A DNA stretch of 64,000 nucleotides from Candidatus Bathyarchaeota archaeon (GCA_963770935.1 CAVYRJ010000008.1:192001-256000), one strand, 5' to 3'; positions 19,575-29,675 are shown, numbered from the stretch's first letter. The notes: a model not told the origin generated them from the sequence alone. A program made the numbers and translations.

Positions 19575-20819
19575 ATGACAACAGCGATGTTTTGGAGCCG
19601 AAAAATCCTTACCAACGGCTTAACAGTGCTGCTTTATCCGCGGCAATCATCAAACACTACCCAGTTATCCATCGCTGTAGAATATGGTTCTAACCATGAA
19701 TCTAAAGAGATTGCTGGAACAGCCCATTTCCTTGAACATATGCTTGCGGGAGGTTCAGATAAACGAATCAAGATGTCCAGAAGCATTGAGAATTCCGGCG
19801 GAATCTTGGATTTCTATACAGACCATGAGCACATGATGAGTAGGATTGATATTTTGCCGGGCGAATTAACCGAAGCGTCCGCCGTTATTTCAGAGTTGCT
19901 TTTTGGCACGGATTTTGAGGAAGAAAAATTCAGTCAAGAACGCAAAATAATACTCAACGAATTAGCCGAGGCACTTGATGACCCCATTGAGAGAATTGAA
20001 GAGTTACTCTTGAAGAGTTTGTTTAAAAAGCATCCAGTGAATCGCCCAGTTGGAGGCTTTCCGAAAACCGTGAAACAATTAACGTTAGACCAACTGATTA
20101 AGGCGCATAAAACGAATTATAATCCCCAAAACATGATTCTGATTTTGACGGGCAGTTTCTCCGAAGAGAACACTGAGGTTGTTTTAAAAAATTTCAGGGA
20201 TAGAAACTTTGAGAAAGCGTTTTCAAAAAAGGCATTTCCAGTTGAAGCTTCTAATCCTAAGCCGCTGGTTATCGAGAAAAGGGCAGGAATCGCTCAAACA
20301 TACCTGAATATGGGTGTACGAACTGTTAATTCAAGTCACCATGATTCGCCCACGTTAGATTTGATAAGTGCCCTACTTAGCGGGGGCACCAGTTCACGGT
20401 TATTCATCGAAATGCGAGAAAAGCACGCTTTAACCTATGACATCAACTCTGACCATAACAAGGGTGTGGATTTCGGCTACTTCAGCATCAAGTGTGCAGT
20501 TAAGGATAAAAATTTGGAAAAGGCTAAACGGGTAATTCTTAAAGAATTAACAAAGCTAAAAACTGAAAAAGTTCCATTGAATGAGCTTGAAAAGACTAAA
20601 AACTTGATTATGGGTGCAAGTCTCAGAGGAATGGATGATCCACAGGAGTGCTCCGAAATTATTGCTTACATGGAAATGCAATTCAAGAGTGGAAAAGCGT
20701 TGGTTGACCACCTTTCCAAAATTGAAGCAGTGACAACTGATAACATAATAGAAACAGCAAATGTGTATCTTCAAGAAGATTACTTATCAACAGTCGTTGT
20801 AAAACCAAAAATGACCTGA
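19575..20819 (+). CDS. M16 family (insulinase/pitrilysin-like) zinc peptidase
   Basis: GTAHFLEHM inverted zincin motif, ERKIILNE, SSRLFIEMREKHALTY. Confidence 0.92.
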   Translation: MTTAMFWSRKILTNGLTVLLYPRQSSNTTQLSIAVEYGSNHESKEIAGTAHFLEHMLAGGSDKRIKMSRSIENSGGILDFYTDHEHMMSRIDILPGELTEASAVISELLFGTDFEEEKFSQERKIILNELAEALDDPIERIEELLLKSLFKKHPVNRPVGGFPKTVKQLTLDQLIKAHKTNYNPQNMILILTGSFSEENTEVVLKNFRDRNFEKAFSKKAFPVEASNPKPLVIEKRAGIAQTYLNMGVRTVNSSHHDSPTLDLISALLSGGTSSRLFIEMREKHALTYDINSDHNKGVDFGYFSIKCAVKDKNLEKAKRVILKELTKLKTEKVPLNELEKTKNLIMGASLRGMDDPQECSEIIAYMEMQFKSGKALVDHLSKIEAVTTDNIIETANVYLQEDYLSTVVVKPKMT

Positions 20820-20862
20820 TCCGGCAGAAAATCATGAAGGTTTCCTAAAATTGTTGGCAGGT

Positions 20863-20990
20863 GCCGTTTGACAGGCTCCTTGCCGCCGTAATTAGGATAC
20901 CAAGGAGATACCTTTGGGAGCCTTAGCCCATTTTACATAACAGGAAAACACAGCCTTAATTCAGCTGCAGATTAATCTGTCAAACGACTT
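20863..20990 (-). ncRNA. Candidate structured RNA (multi-stem), strand tentative
   Basis: Closing stem CGTTTGACAG (20865-20874)/CTGTCAAACG (20977-20986); internal CTCCTTG/CAAGGAG and CAGCC/AGCTG stems; G-U wobbles favour the minus strand. Confidence 0.3.
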
Positions 20991-21206
20991 GATGTTGCTC
21001 AGCAAATACCTAATTATTCAATTTAATAGAGAATAAGAATTAGTGGGAGCGCTCAAACAACCACAACCTGAAAACAAGTTATCGAGGCTTTCCTATCTTC
21101 CCGCAAAGACTAATGTGCTATAAAAAATGTTCAGATTATCTGTTGTTCATGTTTGTAACCACAAGTTTTCATATAGTATTGTTCCTATTAATGACAGGTT
21201 GATTAC

Positions 21207-21353
21207 GTGATTTCTTGTTATAGAGTTAACTGTCCAAAATGCGGTAAAGAATTGGTCAAAGCAGATAAAAAATTAGAGAACACTGTTTTTTATGTAGCAC
21301 GTTTTACGTGCGATTCGTGTGGCACGTGTTTCAAGTTTTCTTCGGAATTTTAA
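21207..21353 (+). CDS. Small CPxCG zinc-finger protein, 48 aa (below the ORF-track cutoff)
   Basis: MISCYRVNCPKCGKELVKADKKLENTVFYVARFTCDSCGTCFKFSSEF; two CxxC knuckles; AGGTTGA SD-like before GTG. Confidence 0.75.
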   Translation: MISCYRVNCPKCGKELVKADKKLENTVFYVARFTCDSCGTCFKFSSEF

Positions 21354-21751
21354 TTAATGGCTTGTAAGTCACATTTTTTCTGAGAACTATCAAGATAAAT
21401 ATTGCCCGAGTTCAATCGATAGCATCAAAAATAAGAGCAGTCTCTTGAAACTAAGCGGCGGCGATTTGTTTGGTAGTTCTCTTGACTACCTGTATAAGAT
21501 AGATCACTCGTGGCAAGTCAAATGCCCAAATAGTAGCGGAATAATGAAATCAAAAACAGGAATTTTGCTTTCATCACCAAATTAACAAAAAATATGCAAA
21601 AAATATCATAACTCTCCTCAAGGAACAAGGCGTTCCTCCAAAAGAATAGCTATAAAATATGCTCAAAAGAGCTACTAAGGGTTATGGACTAATTCAAGTG
21701 CTTTATATAAGGGTCCTACAGTTTCTCAGAGCAACATAGGAGCGCAAAGAC

Positions 21752-22066
21752 ATGCAATTGGAAGAGATGAAAAAAGAAATCGAAAACCTCGTAATCGCAA
21801 AAGGATTTTATAACAAGCCAGAAGACATTCCAAAAAAACTGCTTTTTGCCTTCATAGAACTAGGTGAAGCAAGCGATGCTTGGAAAAAAGGGTTGTCCCA
21901 AGAGAAAATCGCTGAAGAATTAATTGACGTAATCTTCTATGTCTTGGATGCAAGCCGCCTGGCATGTCCGAAGATTAATATGGATGAAGTTTTCAAGAAA
22001 AAATTAGAAAAAAACCTCAACCGACCCTTCCAGTATGGTGAGGGACACCGAAACAAACAGGCTTAA
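21752..22066 (+). CDS. MazG-like nucleotide pyrophosphohydrolase
   Basis: IELGEASDAW...AEELIDVIFY; TTTATATAA TATA box at ~21702. Confidence 0.85.
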   Translation: MQLEEMKKEIENLVIAKGFYNKPEDIPKKLLFAFIELGEASDAWKKGLSQEKIAEELIDVIFYVLDASRLACPKINMDEVFKKKLEKNLNRPFQYGEGHRNKQA

Positions 22067-22131
22067 ACAAGACAAAAATTTTTAACTAACGCTTTTATAT
22101 AAAACCAAGAATTAATGTCTGTTGAAACAAA

Positions 22132-22557
22132 GTGGAATTCACCTGCCCAAATAACGTGCACTTCGAGTGCAGCAAATGCGGATTATGTTGTGGCGACACA
22201 AAAGAAAAAACTCGGCGCATTCTCCTTCTGGAAACTGAAGCCAAGGAAATATCAAATGGAACTGGATTGCCCAAACAGGAATTCACAAGCCAAATCACGG
22301 GAAAAACGCCTTACTACTATGAAATGAAAAAAAACATTGAAGGCAAATGTTGCTTTTTGAAGGATAATCGATGCAGTATTTACGGTTTAAGACCTTTAAT
22401 CTGCCGGTTCTATCCTTTTGAACTAAAATTTGAGCTAGATAAAGACCAGCATATTTTTGATTTTACGTTTGAATGCCCTGGAATAAGTAAGGGCAAAATG
22501 ATGGCGAGAAAAGATTTTGAAGTTTTGTTTTTGCTGGCTAAAGAAAGGTTACCTTAA
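22132..22557 (+). CDS. YkgJ-family CxxCxxCC cysteine-cluster protein
   Basis: FECSKCGLCC, CCFL..NRCSIY..RPLICRFYPF, CPG. Confidence 0.88.
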   Translation: MEFTCPNNVHFECSKCGLCCGDTKEKTRRILLLETEAKEISNGTGLPKQEFTSQITGKTPYYYEMKKNIEGKCCFLKDNRCSIYGLRPLICRFYPFELKFELDKDQHIFDFTFECPGISKGKMMARKDFEVLFLLAKERLP

Positions 22558-23018
22558 AGTTGTCTCATAACATCTGATTGCTCTAAGGTGACTCCGCAAT
22601 AGTGGCACTTTAACAGTAACGGCTCCTCAGCCTTAAGGTAAAATTTTGAGACCACAGGTTCATCGCTATTGCTTATGCAACATGGGTTAACACATTTAAC
22701 GATGCCTTCCATAATTTGGGGCAACTTTACCTCCAGCTTTTCCACAACAACATAATCATGAATAATGTTTATTGATGCGTGAGGAGCAACTAGAGCAATC
22801 CTGTTAACTTCCTGTGAATCAAGCGCTTTTCCCTCTATTTTTACTATATCCTTAACTCCGAAACGTCTACTTGGAACGTTAATGGCTATCGTCATCACTT
22901 TTTTTTCTTTGCCAGTTATGCCTAAAATTTTTATTACATCTAAAGCGTACCCTCCGCGGATGTGGTCGATGACCGTCCCGTTTTTGATTTTGGATACTCT
23001 AAGCTCCTTGTTAGTCAT
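22554..23018 (-). CDS. pyrI: Aspartate carbamoyltransferase regulatory chain
   Basis: LRVSKIKNGTVIDHI, KDIVKIE, CVNPCCIS...CHYCG. Confidence 0.96.
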   Translation of the reverse strand: MTNKELRVSKIKNGTVIDHIRGGYALDVIKILGITGKEKKVMTIAINVPSRRFGVKDIVKIEGKALDSQEVNRIALVAPHASINIIHDYVVVEKLEVKLPQIMEGIVKCVNPCCISNSDEPVVSKFYLKAEEPLLLKCHYCGVTLEQSDVMRQL

Positions 23019-23161
23019 ACAATTTCATCTCATCAAGCTATACCATAGCAACAATTAAGATTTTACTCAGAAAAGTCACAAAAAAAACCTTACGACTTTG
23101 AAAATCGCATGTCTGTTTCTTATCTTTTTTCCATCTAAAAAACAAGTATGAGGTTTTGGTA

Positions 23162-24725
23162 TCACTCTGAATGCGATCCCGCCTTAATTTTGTGAATTAC
23201 GCTGATTACCAGTTTTCCATGAGGGGTCTTCACTAAACCCATCCGCAAATGAATCGGCATCTTCTCCTGATTTTTCCTGACTTGAACTGTATGAAGATCC
23301 ACTTGCTCGGTTTTTTGGAGTTTATCCATGAGCTCTTTCTTTTCCAATTCTGGAATTTCCAGAACCTCCCAAAGGTTCATGTTCAGGAATTCGTCGCATG
23401 GATACCCGAACAACTCGCATGTGGCAAGGTTTGCATAGACAAATTCTCCTTTCAAGTTCGCCAAAAAGATGGCTTCGCTTAGATTATCTAAAATCATCGC
23501 CCTAAAGAGCAAGCCCTCTTCGATTTTTCGACGTTCCATAATTTCCCCAGTCAGTTTCTGGTTTGCTTGCGCGTACTCTGCCGTGCGCAGCGCTACAACC
23601 TCCTCAAGCCGCTGGTTGTAACTGTTCAACTCCTGCTCCAATTCCTTGCGTTTAGTGATGTTTTCAAAAATTGCAACGAAATAGTCTTTTTTTGGACCAT
23701 AAACTGAAATATTAAGCCAAATGTTAAGCGGCCTAAAGAAAAGCTCAAATCGTTCTGCTTTTCCAGTTTTTGCAACTCTGCCATAAATTTCAAATATTTC
23801 AGGGTTCGCTTCTTTTGTTCCCGGAATAGCCTCAGAAACCTTTCTGCCAACCACAGATTCACGTTTCAAACCAGTTAGTTTCTCAAAGGTCTCGTTAATT
23901 TCCAAGTACATAAAATCTGCAGGTTCATATTTTTCGTCGAAAATCATCTTGCAGTACGCATAGCCGTTAATCATGTTATCAAATAGGGACCTGTATTTTT
24001 CTTCGCTTTCTTTAAGTGCTTCTTCAGCTTGCTTTTTTTCATCAATGTTTACAACGTAGATTCTGATTCTCGGTCCAATAGGCATGTAAGAAAACTGTTG
24101 CAGGTACCAGTTCTTATCAAGATGTATTTCTCTTCCAAAAGAATACTCTGCTGCAATTTTACTTTTGAAGACGCGAGAAACATTTTCCCAATCCACGAAG
24201 AAAGGTTGGTTTAAACCTTTTTTTTCAAGGTTTGGGAAAATTTTGTTGGCGGCTGGATTTGTGTAAGTTATTTTTCCGTCAAAGTCAACTTCAACAATTG
24301 GGTTTGGATCGAAGGATGGGAATGATGCTAATCGGATGTATCTTTCTTCGACTAGTTTGCGGTCAGTTATGTCGTGTCCAGAAAATATTGTGCCTTTGAA
24401 CCTTGCCTTTTTCATCTTTAATGGGCAGGTTAACCCAATCTACAATGCGTTCTTGACCGCTTTTGGTCAAAACCTGTTTATCAGCGTGCCCTCTTCGATA
24501 AGTTCCATCCAGCAATTGATGAAAAGTAAGCCTCATCTCATCTCGGATTCTTTCAGGAATAAAAACGTCAAACCAGTTCTTGCCTACAACCTCGTTTTTT
24601 AAGTACTCCAGTAACTCGCAGCCTTTTTGGTTAATATCTGCAACTATTTCGTCGCTTCTAACAAAAACTGTTATTACATCTTCCAAGTTGAGGTCGATGT
24701 TTTCTATTTTCGTTTTTTCAGACAT
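23162..24725 (-). CDS. Multi-PAS-domain protein without output domain; frameshift ~24400
   Basis: Two overlapping ORFs join (GKNWFD, FPSFDPNPIVEVD, KYRSLFDNM, NITKRK, ILDNLSEAIF); no HisKA/HATPase motifs. Confidence 0.8.
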
Positions 24726-26902
24726 TAAAAATTCTCCTTTTCAATTAAAGGGTAACTGTTAGGAGTCTCGGAAAAGACGGCAGGCATGTACATTCGTTCT
24801 ATGTACTGTTGCATCATCCTGCATGCATTGAAAACTGGGTTAACGGTTTTGATTGCTTCTTTGGCGACTTGAATCCAGCGGTGTGGAATTCCTTTGCGGT
24901 CACGGTCGTAATATAGAGGCACTATATTATTTTCCAGCAGACTATATAATGATTCAGCGTCGGCTCTGTCTTCCTCCTCAGGATTCCCACCCTTAAAACC
25001 GTCAATTGCCCAACCATTCAAGCCGTTGAATGCTTCATCCCACCATCCATCGCGAACACTCAAGTTAATTACCCCATTCATTGAAGCTTTCATACCGCTT
25101 GTCCCACATGCTTCTTGCAAACGTCTAGGCGTATTTAGCCAAACATCAACCCCCCGGACTAAATCTCTGGCGAGGTTCATATCGTAGTCTTCCACGAAGA
25201 CTATTCTCCCTTGAAACCGCTTATCCAACGCCACATTGTAAACAACTTTGAGAAGTTCTTTTGACGCGTAATCGGCTGGATGAGATTTCCCGCCAAAAAT
25301 TATCTGCACAGGTCGTAGTGGGTCAGTGACTATTTTTCTGAGCCGTTCGCTATCAGATAAAATTAGGTAGGGACGCTTGTACTGGGTAAATCGACGTGTA
25401 AAAGCAATAGTTAAAGCATACGGGTCAAGTAAAGCGCCCATTGCAAGCACCTGCTGGGTAGAAATTCCATCTCTGACTAAACGCAATTGAGCGCGGTCTT
25501 GGATCGCGTTGATAAGCCGACTTTTCATTATTTGGTGCACATTCCAAAACTGCTCATCTGGAATATCGGGCGCACATTTCCAATACTGCTCATCATTCTC
25601 GCTTGGTAATGTTTCATTTTTAATCTGTTTTTTGCAAAGTTCTGAAATTTCTGCAGCTCGCCAACTCTGCGAGTGAACACCGTTAGTTATGCTTAAAATT
25701 GGAATTTCGTCTAAGACTTTTCCGGGGTAGAGAACGCTCCACATATTGCGAGCTACCTGACCGTGAAGTTTGCTTACGGCGTTGGCTTGACCAGCTAACC
25801 TCAGTGCAAAAGCCGTTAAACTAAATTTTTCTAGACCTAAACCTTCGTAAATTCCAAGTTTCAAGAAGCTCTCTCGGTCAATTCCTAAGGTTTCCCAAAA
25901 GTTTTGCGAGTAACGATCCATTAGTTGATATGGGAAAACGTGTTGACCTGCTGAAACAGGCGTGTGAGTCGTAAAAACAGAGGTTCTTCGCACTTTTTGC
26001 AAAGCTTCATTTAGGGGGGTTCCTTTGGCGCGTTCTTCTCTGAGTCTCTCAAGCATCATGAACGCAGTGTGGTCTTCATTTGCATGCCAGACGACTGGTT
26101 TTATATGCAGCTCCCGAAGGGTTCGCACTCCGCCTATGCCCAACACGATAAGTTGCCGAAGTCTCTCCTCTTGGTCGGCGGTATAGAGTCTTGCTGAAAG
26201 CCCCCTATCCTCTGCACGGTTATCACTGAGGTTTGTGTCGAGCAAATACAGGTTCACCCTTCCAACACGGACCTGCCAGACTTGGAGGAAAATTTGGTGG
26301 TCCCCGAGCGGAACAGGAATCAAAGGACCACAGCCCATGGGCCAAGCGCATGGTGAAATTGGTGCTTCGCTAAAATCTAGCTGTGTGTAGGCTTCTTCTT
26401 GCCAGCCTTCGGCAGAGACGTGTTGGCGGAAATAGCCTTGGGGATACATGAACCCTACGGCAACCAAAGGTAATCCACTGTCAGAGGATTGTTTACAGAT
26501 ATCACCTGCTAATACTCCTAAACCGCCCGCGTAGATGGGAAGAGAATTGTGGATAGCGTATTCAGCGGAAAAATATGCAATTTGCCCATCAAAGTTGTCG
26601 GGAACTTTTTTTCCGCACCAATCCTTCTTACTTAACATGTAATTATCAAATTTCAAAATCACTGAGTCGTATAGTTCAAGGAAAGCTGGGTCTCTTGCCG
26701 CAGCTTCTAGTTTGTCGGGGTTGATGTCACGGAGTTGTTTAACCGGGTTATGGCCACTTGCTCTCCAAAGTTCATAGTCAAGAGAACGAAAAACCTGTCG
26801 TCCATCTTCATCCCAACTCCACCAAAGGTTATTTGCAAGCTCAGCTAGTCTTCCAATCCGTTTGGGAACTAATTGAACAATTTCTCCTTCTGGAAATTCC
26901 AT
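24725..26902 (-). CDS. glgP: Alpha-glucan (glycogen) phosphorylase
   Basis: AYFSAEY, YAGGLGVLAGD, FTTHTPV, EACGTSGMKA. Confidence 0.96.
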   Translation of the reverse strand: MEFPEGEIVQLVPKRIGRLAELANNLWWSWDEDGRQVFRSLDYELWRASGHNPVKQLRDINPDKLEAAARDPAFLELYDSVILKFDNYMLSKKDWCGKKVPDNFDGQIAYFSAEYAIHNSLPIYAGGLGVLAGDICKQSSDSGLPLVAVGFMYPQGYFRQHVSAEGWQEEAYTQLDFSEAPISPCAWPMGCGPLIPVPLGDHQIFLQVWQVRVGRVNLYLLDTNLSDNRAEDRGLSARLYTADQEERLRQLIVLGIGGVRTLRELHIKPVVWHANEDHTAFMMLERLREERAKGTPLNEALQKVRRTSVFTTHTPVSAGQHVFPYQLMDRYSQNFWETLGIDRESFLKLGIYEGLGLEKFSLTAFALRLAGQANAVSKLHGQVARNMWSVLYPGKVLDEIPILSITNGVHSQSWRAAEISELCKKQIKNETLPSENDEQYWKCAPDIPDEQFWNVHQIMKSRLINAIQDRAQLRLVRDGISTQQVLAMGALLDPYALTIAFTRRFTQYKRPYLILSDSERLRKIVTDPLRPVQIIFGGKSHPADYASKELLKVVYNVALDKRFQGRIVFVEDYDMNLARDLVRGVDVWLNTPRRLQEACGTSGMKASMNGVINLSVRDGWWDEAFNGLNGWAIDGFKGGNPEEEDRADAESLYSLLENNIVPLYYDRDRKGIPHRWIQVAKEAIKTVNPVFNACRMMQQYIERMYMPAVFSETPNSYPLIEKENF

Positions 26903-27059
26903 TTAGCTCGTTCCTTTGGTTTTAGTTTTGGCTAACTCATTGTCTTCCCCATTTAGGGCTAAGCAAAACTTTAATCGGCAAAATTCTTGCATTGCAACTT
27001 TTTCATTAACCATTAAGTATTTTTTATTATTTATAGTTTAATATTGGCTAAAAAAACAA

Positions 27060-27172
27060 CCCAGAATAATTATTACTCAAGAGGAGAAAGACAGACAATT
27101 GAGGCTTTAATTATTGGAGAAGAACTGTTATTCGCTAAGTGCTTAAGAAACGAAAAGAAAGCGTGGCTTCCA
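27060..27172 (+). pseudogene. Remnant 1 of a Cas1-like C-terminus
   Basis: PRI (frameshift) RGERQTIEALIIGEELLFAKCLRNEKKAWLP; 19/30 aa identical to remnant 2; no start codon. Confidence 0.55.
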
Positions 27173-27216
27173 ATGACTGCTTTTGAAGAGAATTATAAAA
27201 AAATCTATTTGCTCGC

Positions 27217-27485
27217 TCACTGAGTAGTAATGGTGCCTGGTGGAATTGTCTGAGGTTCGAATACTTGTACAGTTGGATTGACTTCAATACCTCCAATGCG
27301 AGGAGTTCTCAGATGCTCCAGCACTCTGTTCCATGTTAGCAATCTTATACCAGAATTGGAATAGAGTTCATGTCTGGCAGTTCTAGCTTTCTCATAGAGA
27401 ATTAATGCCCTTTCTGGCAAGATGTGCGATTGCAGAATCCTTCTTTCGTCTGTGCTTATTATTATTCCACCTAAACGACTTCTTT
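27217..27485 (-). pseudogene. 3' gene fragment of unknown family (possibly nuclease-like)
   Basis: Frame open upstream of the listed ORF: KRSRLGGIIISTDERRILQSHILPERAL...GIRLLTWNRVLEHL; begins after a stop with no start. Confidence 0.35.
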
Positions 27486-27599
27486 TTCATCTGTAATATT
27501 GAAAGTATTTCGAAAATCCGTACTTCCTTTAGCTTCAAGATAAAAGCAGAAGTTTTCAGAGTAAATGATGCATAAAACGTGTAAAGATCATTTAGAGAA

Positions 27600-27768
27600 T
27601 GATTTACTAATAGGCTGAGGAATATTTTATTTCCATGGTTGCATGCCGAGAATAAAGGTCGGCAGTCAGCAGAACATTGAGACGTTGATTAGTGAAGAGG
27701 CTCTTTTGTTTGCAAAATATCTGAGAAATGAACGGAAAGACTGGATTCCGAGACTATCACAAATATAG
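27600..27768 (+). pseudogene. Remnant 2 of a Cas1-like C-terminus
   Basis: EEYFISMV (frameshift) MPRIKVGSQQNIETLISEEALLFAKYLRNERKDWIPRLSQI* (27643-27768); fits the Cas1 C-terminal I..EA..LAKYL...W.P pattern as I recall it from archaeal solo Cas1. Confidence 0.6.
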
Positions 27769-27843
27769 CTTAACCCTGATGCAACATTATTACTTCAAGA
27801 GTTACCTGCTTCTCAGCGCCTTCTGTATTTTTTTATAATCATG

Positions 27844-29481
27844 CTACAGGTTATCAACAACTGCAACTAATATTTTTTCGATTATTCCCCTTAGTTTTTC
27901 AATTTCCTCATTTGTAACTTCCCACTCTTTTTTACCATGAATAATATCATTCCGCTTGTTCCTTGTTGTTTTAAGCAATTTCCATTCATTTATAGACAGA
28001 GATATTCTTAGTTCTTCGGTTGTCGCTGAGAAAACTTCCATTATTGGGGGGTCATTCAGCATGTTGATTTTGTCTTTGATTATTTCACTTTTTTTTCCTG
28101 AAAAATTGAGGGATTGAAGCTTTTTTTGAATTAACTTGATTTCTAAATCGTTAAAATGCTTATGTTGAGCAGACCTTAATACTACGAGTTCAATAGCAGT
28201 CCAAAGGTCAAGCAATCTATCAATATTGTTACCCTCACCTACAGTTCTCGATACCCAATGTAATGCTAGAAGGACGTTTTTCTCAAATTGAGTCAGAGAA
28301 GAATACTCCTTAACGAAAATCTTCTCAAAAAGATTCTTTGTTGGCTTGAAGTATTCACTAGGGTCACTTTGAATCACTAGAAAATTGCCTAACAATTCTC
28401 GAGTATCAAAAATGCATGCGCTTTCTCTATTTATCTCTCTGCAGTAAGCCATTGGTGAAATGTTAATTCGAGAATAATGCTTAAAGAAATCATAAGTTGA
28501 AAAAATTTTCTGGTTTCCTTCATTTATCACTGTGAACGTCAAATCGTTCCGAAAAACCATCCAATTTATTGCTCTTTGAATTTTAGAATATCCTGATTTC
28601 AATGCATCAAAATGATTTGTAGATTTAACGACAACTCTTGCCCGTAAAAAGTTGGACCCCCAATCAGGTTCTCGTTGGCACATACGACTTTTTCGAATTA
28701 TTTGGTCATCCTTTGTATCAAAAATGGAGCGGAATTCCACTCCCGCAAATTGAAAAACCCCTTCAAGTATGAGATGCTTAATTGGAACGATTACCACAAA
28801 ATCTCTTTCTGTTAAATTTATTTTAACTTGAGGCGGTGCTTGAAATTTCAGTTCTGTTTTCTTTGTAATGAAGTAAAGTGAATCAAAAGGGTCAAATTGA
28901 ATAAACTCGAGGTTTACTTGCTCGGTGGTCAAACTTCTGGGCGCAGTTTCACATTCAAAATTAGCTATGTCATCGCCATGGGTTATCCTATTTATTAAAC
29001 CTTTGTAAATTGCTTGGTGAGTTGTATTATCATAGATTGTTAATGGGTCTCTAGTGTCAATAGATTCGAATTCTTCATTTGAACTAGGCTTTATAAAGAA
29101 GATTGCCTTCGCAGAAGGCACGCCTGGACCAGGAGATTGCACCAACGTGACAATAATATCGTTTGTCAGAATTCTATCGCCAATCTTAACGTAAACCGAC
29201 CTTAAAGGTGGGTTTGTTGGAGGTGCATTATTCCCATGCGGTAAATTGTCTGAGTACAAGAAAACATAATTACCATATCCATCAGACCCCCTCTTGAAGT
29301 GTTGGACATAGTCGAAAAAAATTGAATCGTTTTCCGATGATATCGCTTGATTATTGGAACCGTTAAGCAATTTTACTGTTGTGGTTAATTTTCCTTCCTT
29401 CATCTGGTGACTTATCTCAGTAATATGAAAACCGCTTTCAAGTAATCTTTTCAACTCATCGGTTGTTACACTAGAACTCAT
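27844..29481 (-). CDS. Large protein with C-terminal HEPN (ApeA-like) domain; candidate defence RNase
   Basis: RLLDLWTAIE helix and RNKRNDIIHG (RxxxxH) motif; AT-rich sequence. Confidence 0.7.
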   Translation of the reverse strand: MSSSVTTDELKRLLESGFHITEISHQMKEGKLTTTVKLLNGSNNQAISSENDSIFFDYVQHFKRGSDGYGNYVFLYSDNLPHGNNAPPTNPPLRSVYVKIGDRILTNDIIVTLVQSPGPGVPSAKAIFFIKPSSNEEFESIDTRDPLTIYDNTTHQAIYKGLINRITHGDDIANFECETAPRSLTTEQVNLEFIQFDPFDSLYFITKKTELKFQAPPQVKINLTERDFVVIVPIKHLILEGVFQFAGVEFRSIFDTKDDQIIRKSRMCQREPDWGSNFLRARVVVKSTNHFDALKSGYSKIQRAINWMVFRNDLTFTVINEGNQKIFSTYDFFKHYSRINISPMAYCREINRESACIFDTRELLGNFLVIQSDPSEYFKPTKNLFEKIFVKEYSSLTQFEKNVLLALHWVSRTVGEGNNIDRLLDLWTAIELVVLRSAQHKHFNDLEIKLIQKKLQSLNFSGKKSEIIKDKINMLNDPPIMEVFSATTEELRISLSINEWKLLKTTRNKRNDIIHGKKEWEVTNEEIEKLRGIIEKILVAVVDNL

Positions 29482-29565
29482 GTTACCGCACTTCATTTTT
29501 CATAGTCGAAACTCATATTTATAATTAAGAGACTTGGAGCGTATGCTGGTCTTTTCATTTTGTGT

Positions 29566-29675
29566 GTTTGACAAACTCACAGGTAGACTGACAGGTTGAC
29601 AGAGAAATTGACTGACAGACATTAGGCACTCTTTGTTTTGTGTTGTTGTGTTGTGTCGTGTTGTGTTGTTGTGGG
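29566..29675. repeat. Cluster of (AC)TGACAG-like repeats followed by a GTGTT/TTGTG microsatellite
   Basis: ACTCACAGGT 29575, ACTGACAGGT 29587, TGACAG 29597, ACTGACAG 29611; TGTTGTTGTGTTGTGTCGTGTTGTGTTGTTGTG 29641-29673. Confidence 0.7.

Noticed and set aside
19575-20819. M16 peptidase as the leader protease of the peptide system
   Set aside because: About 7 kb away with unrelated genes between; no sequence evidence of linkage.
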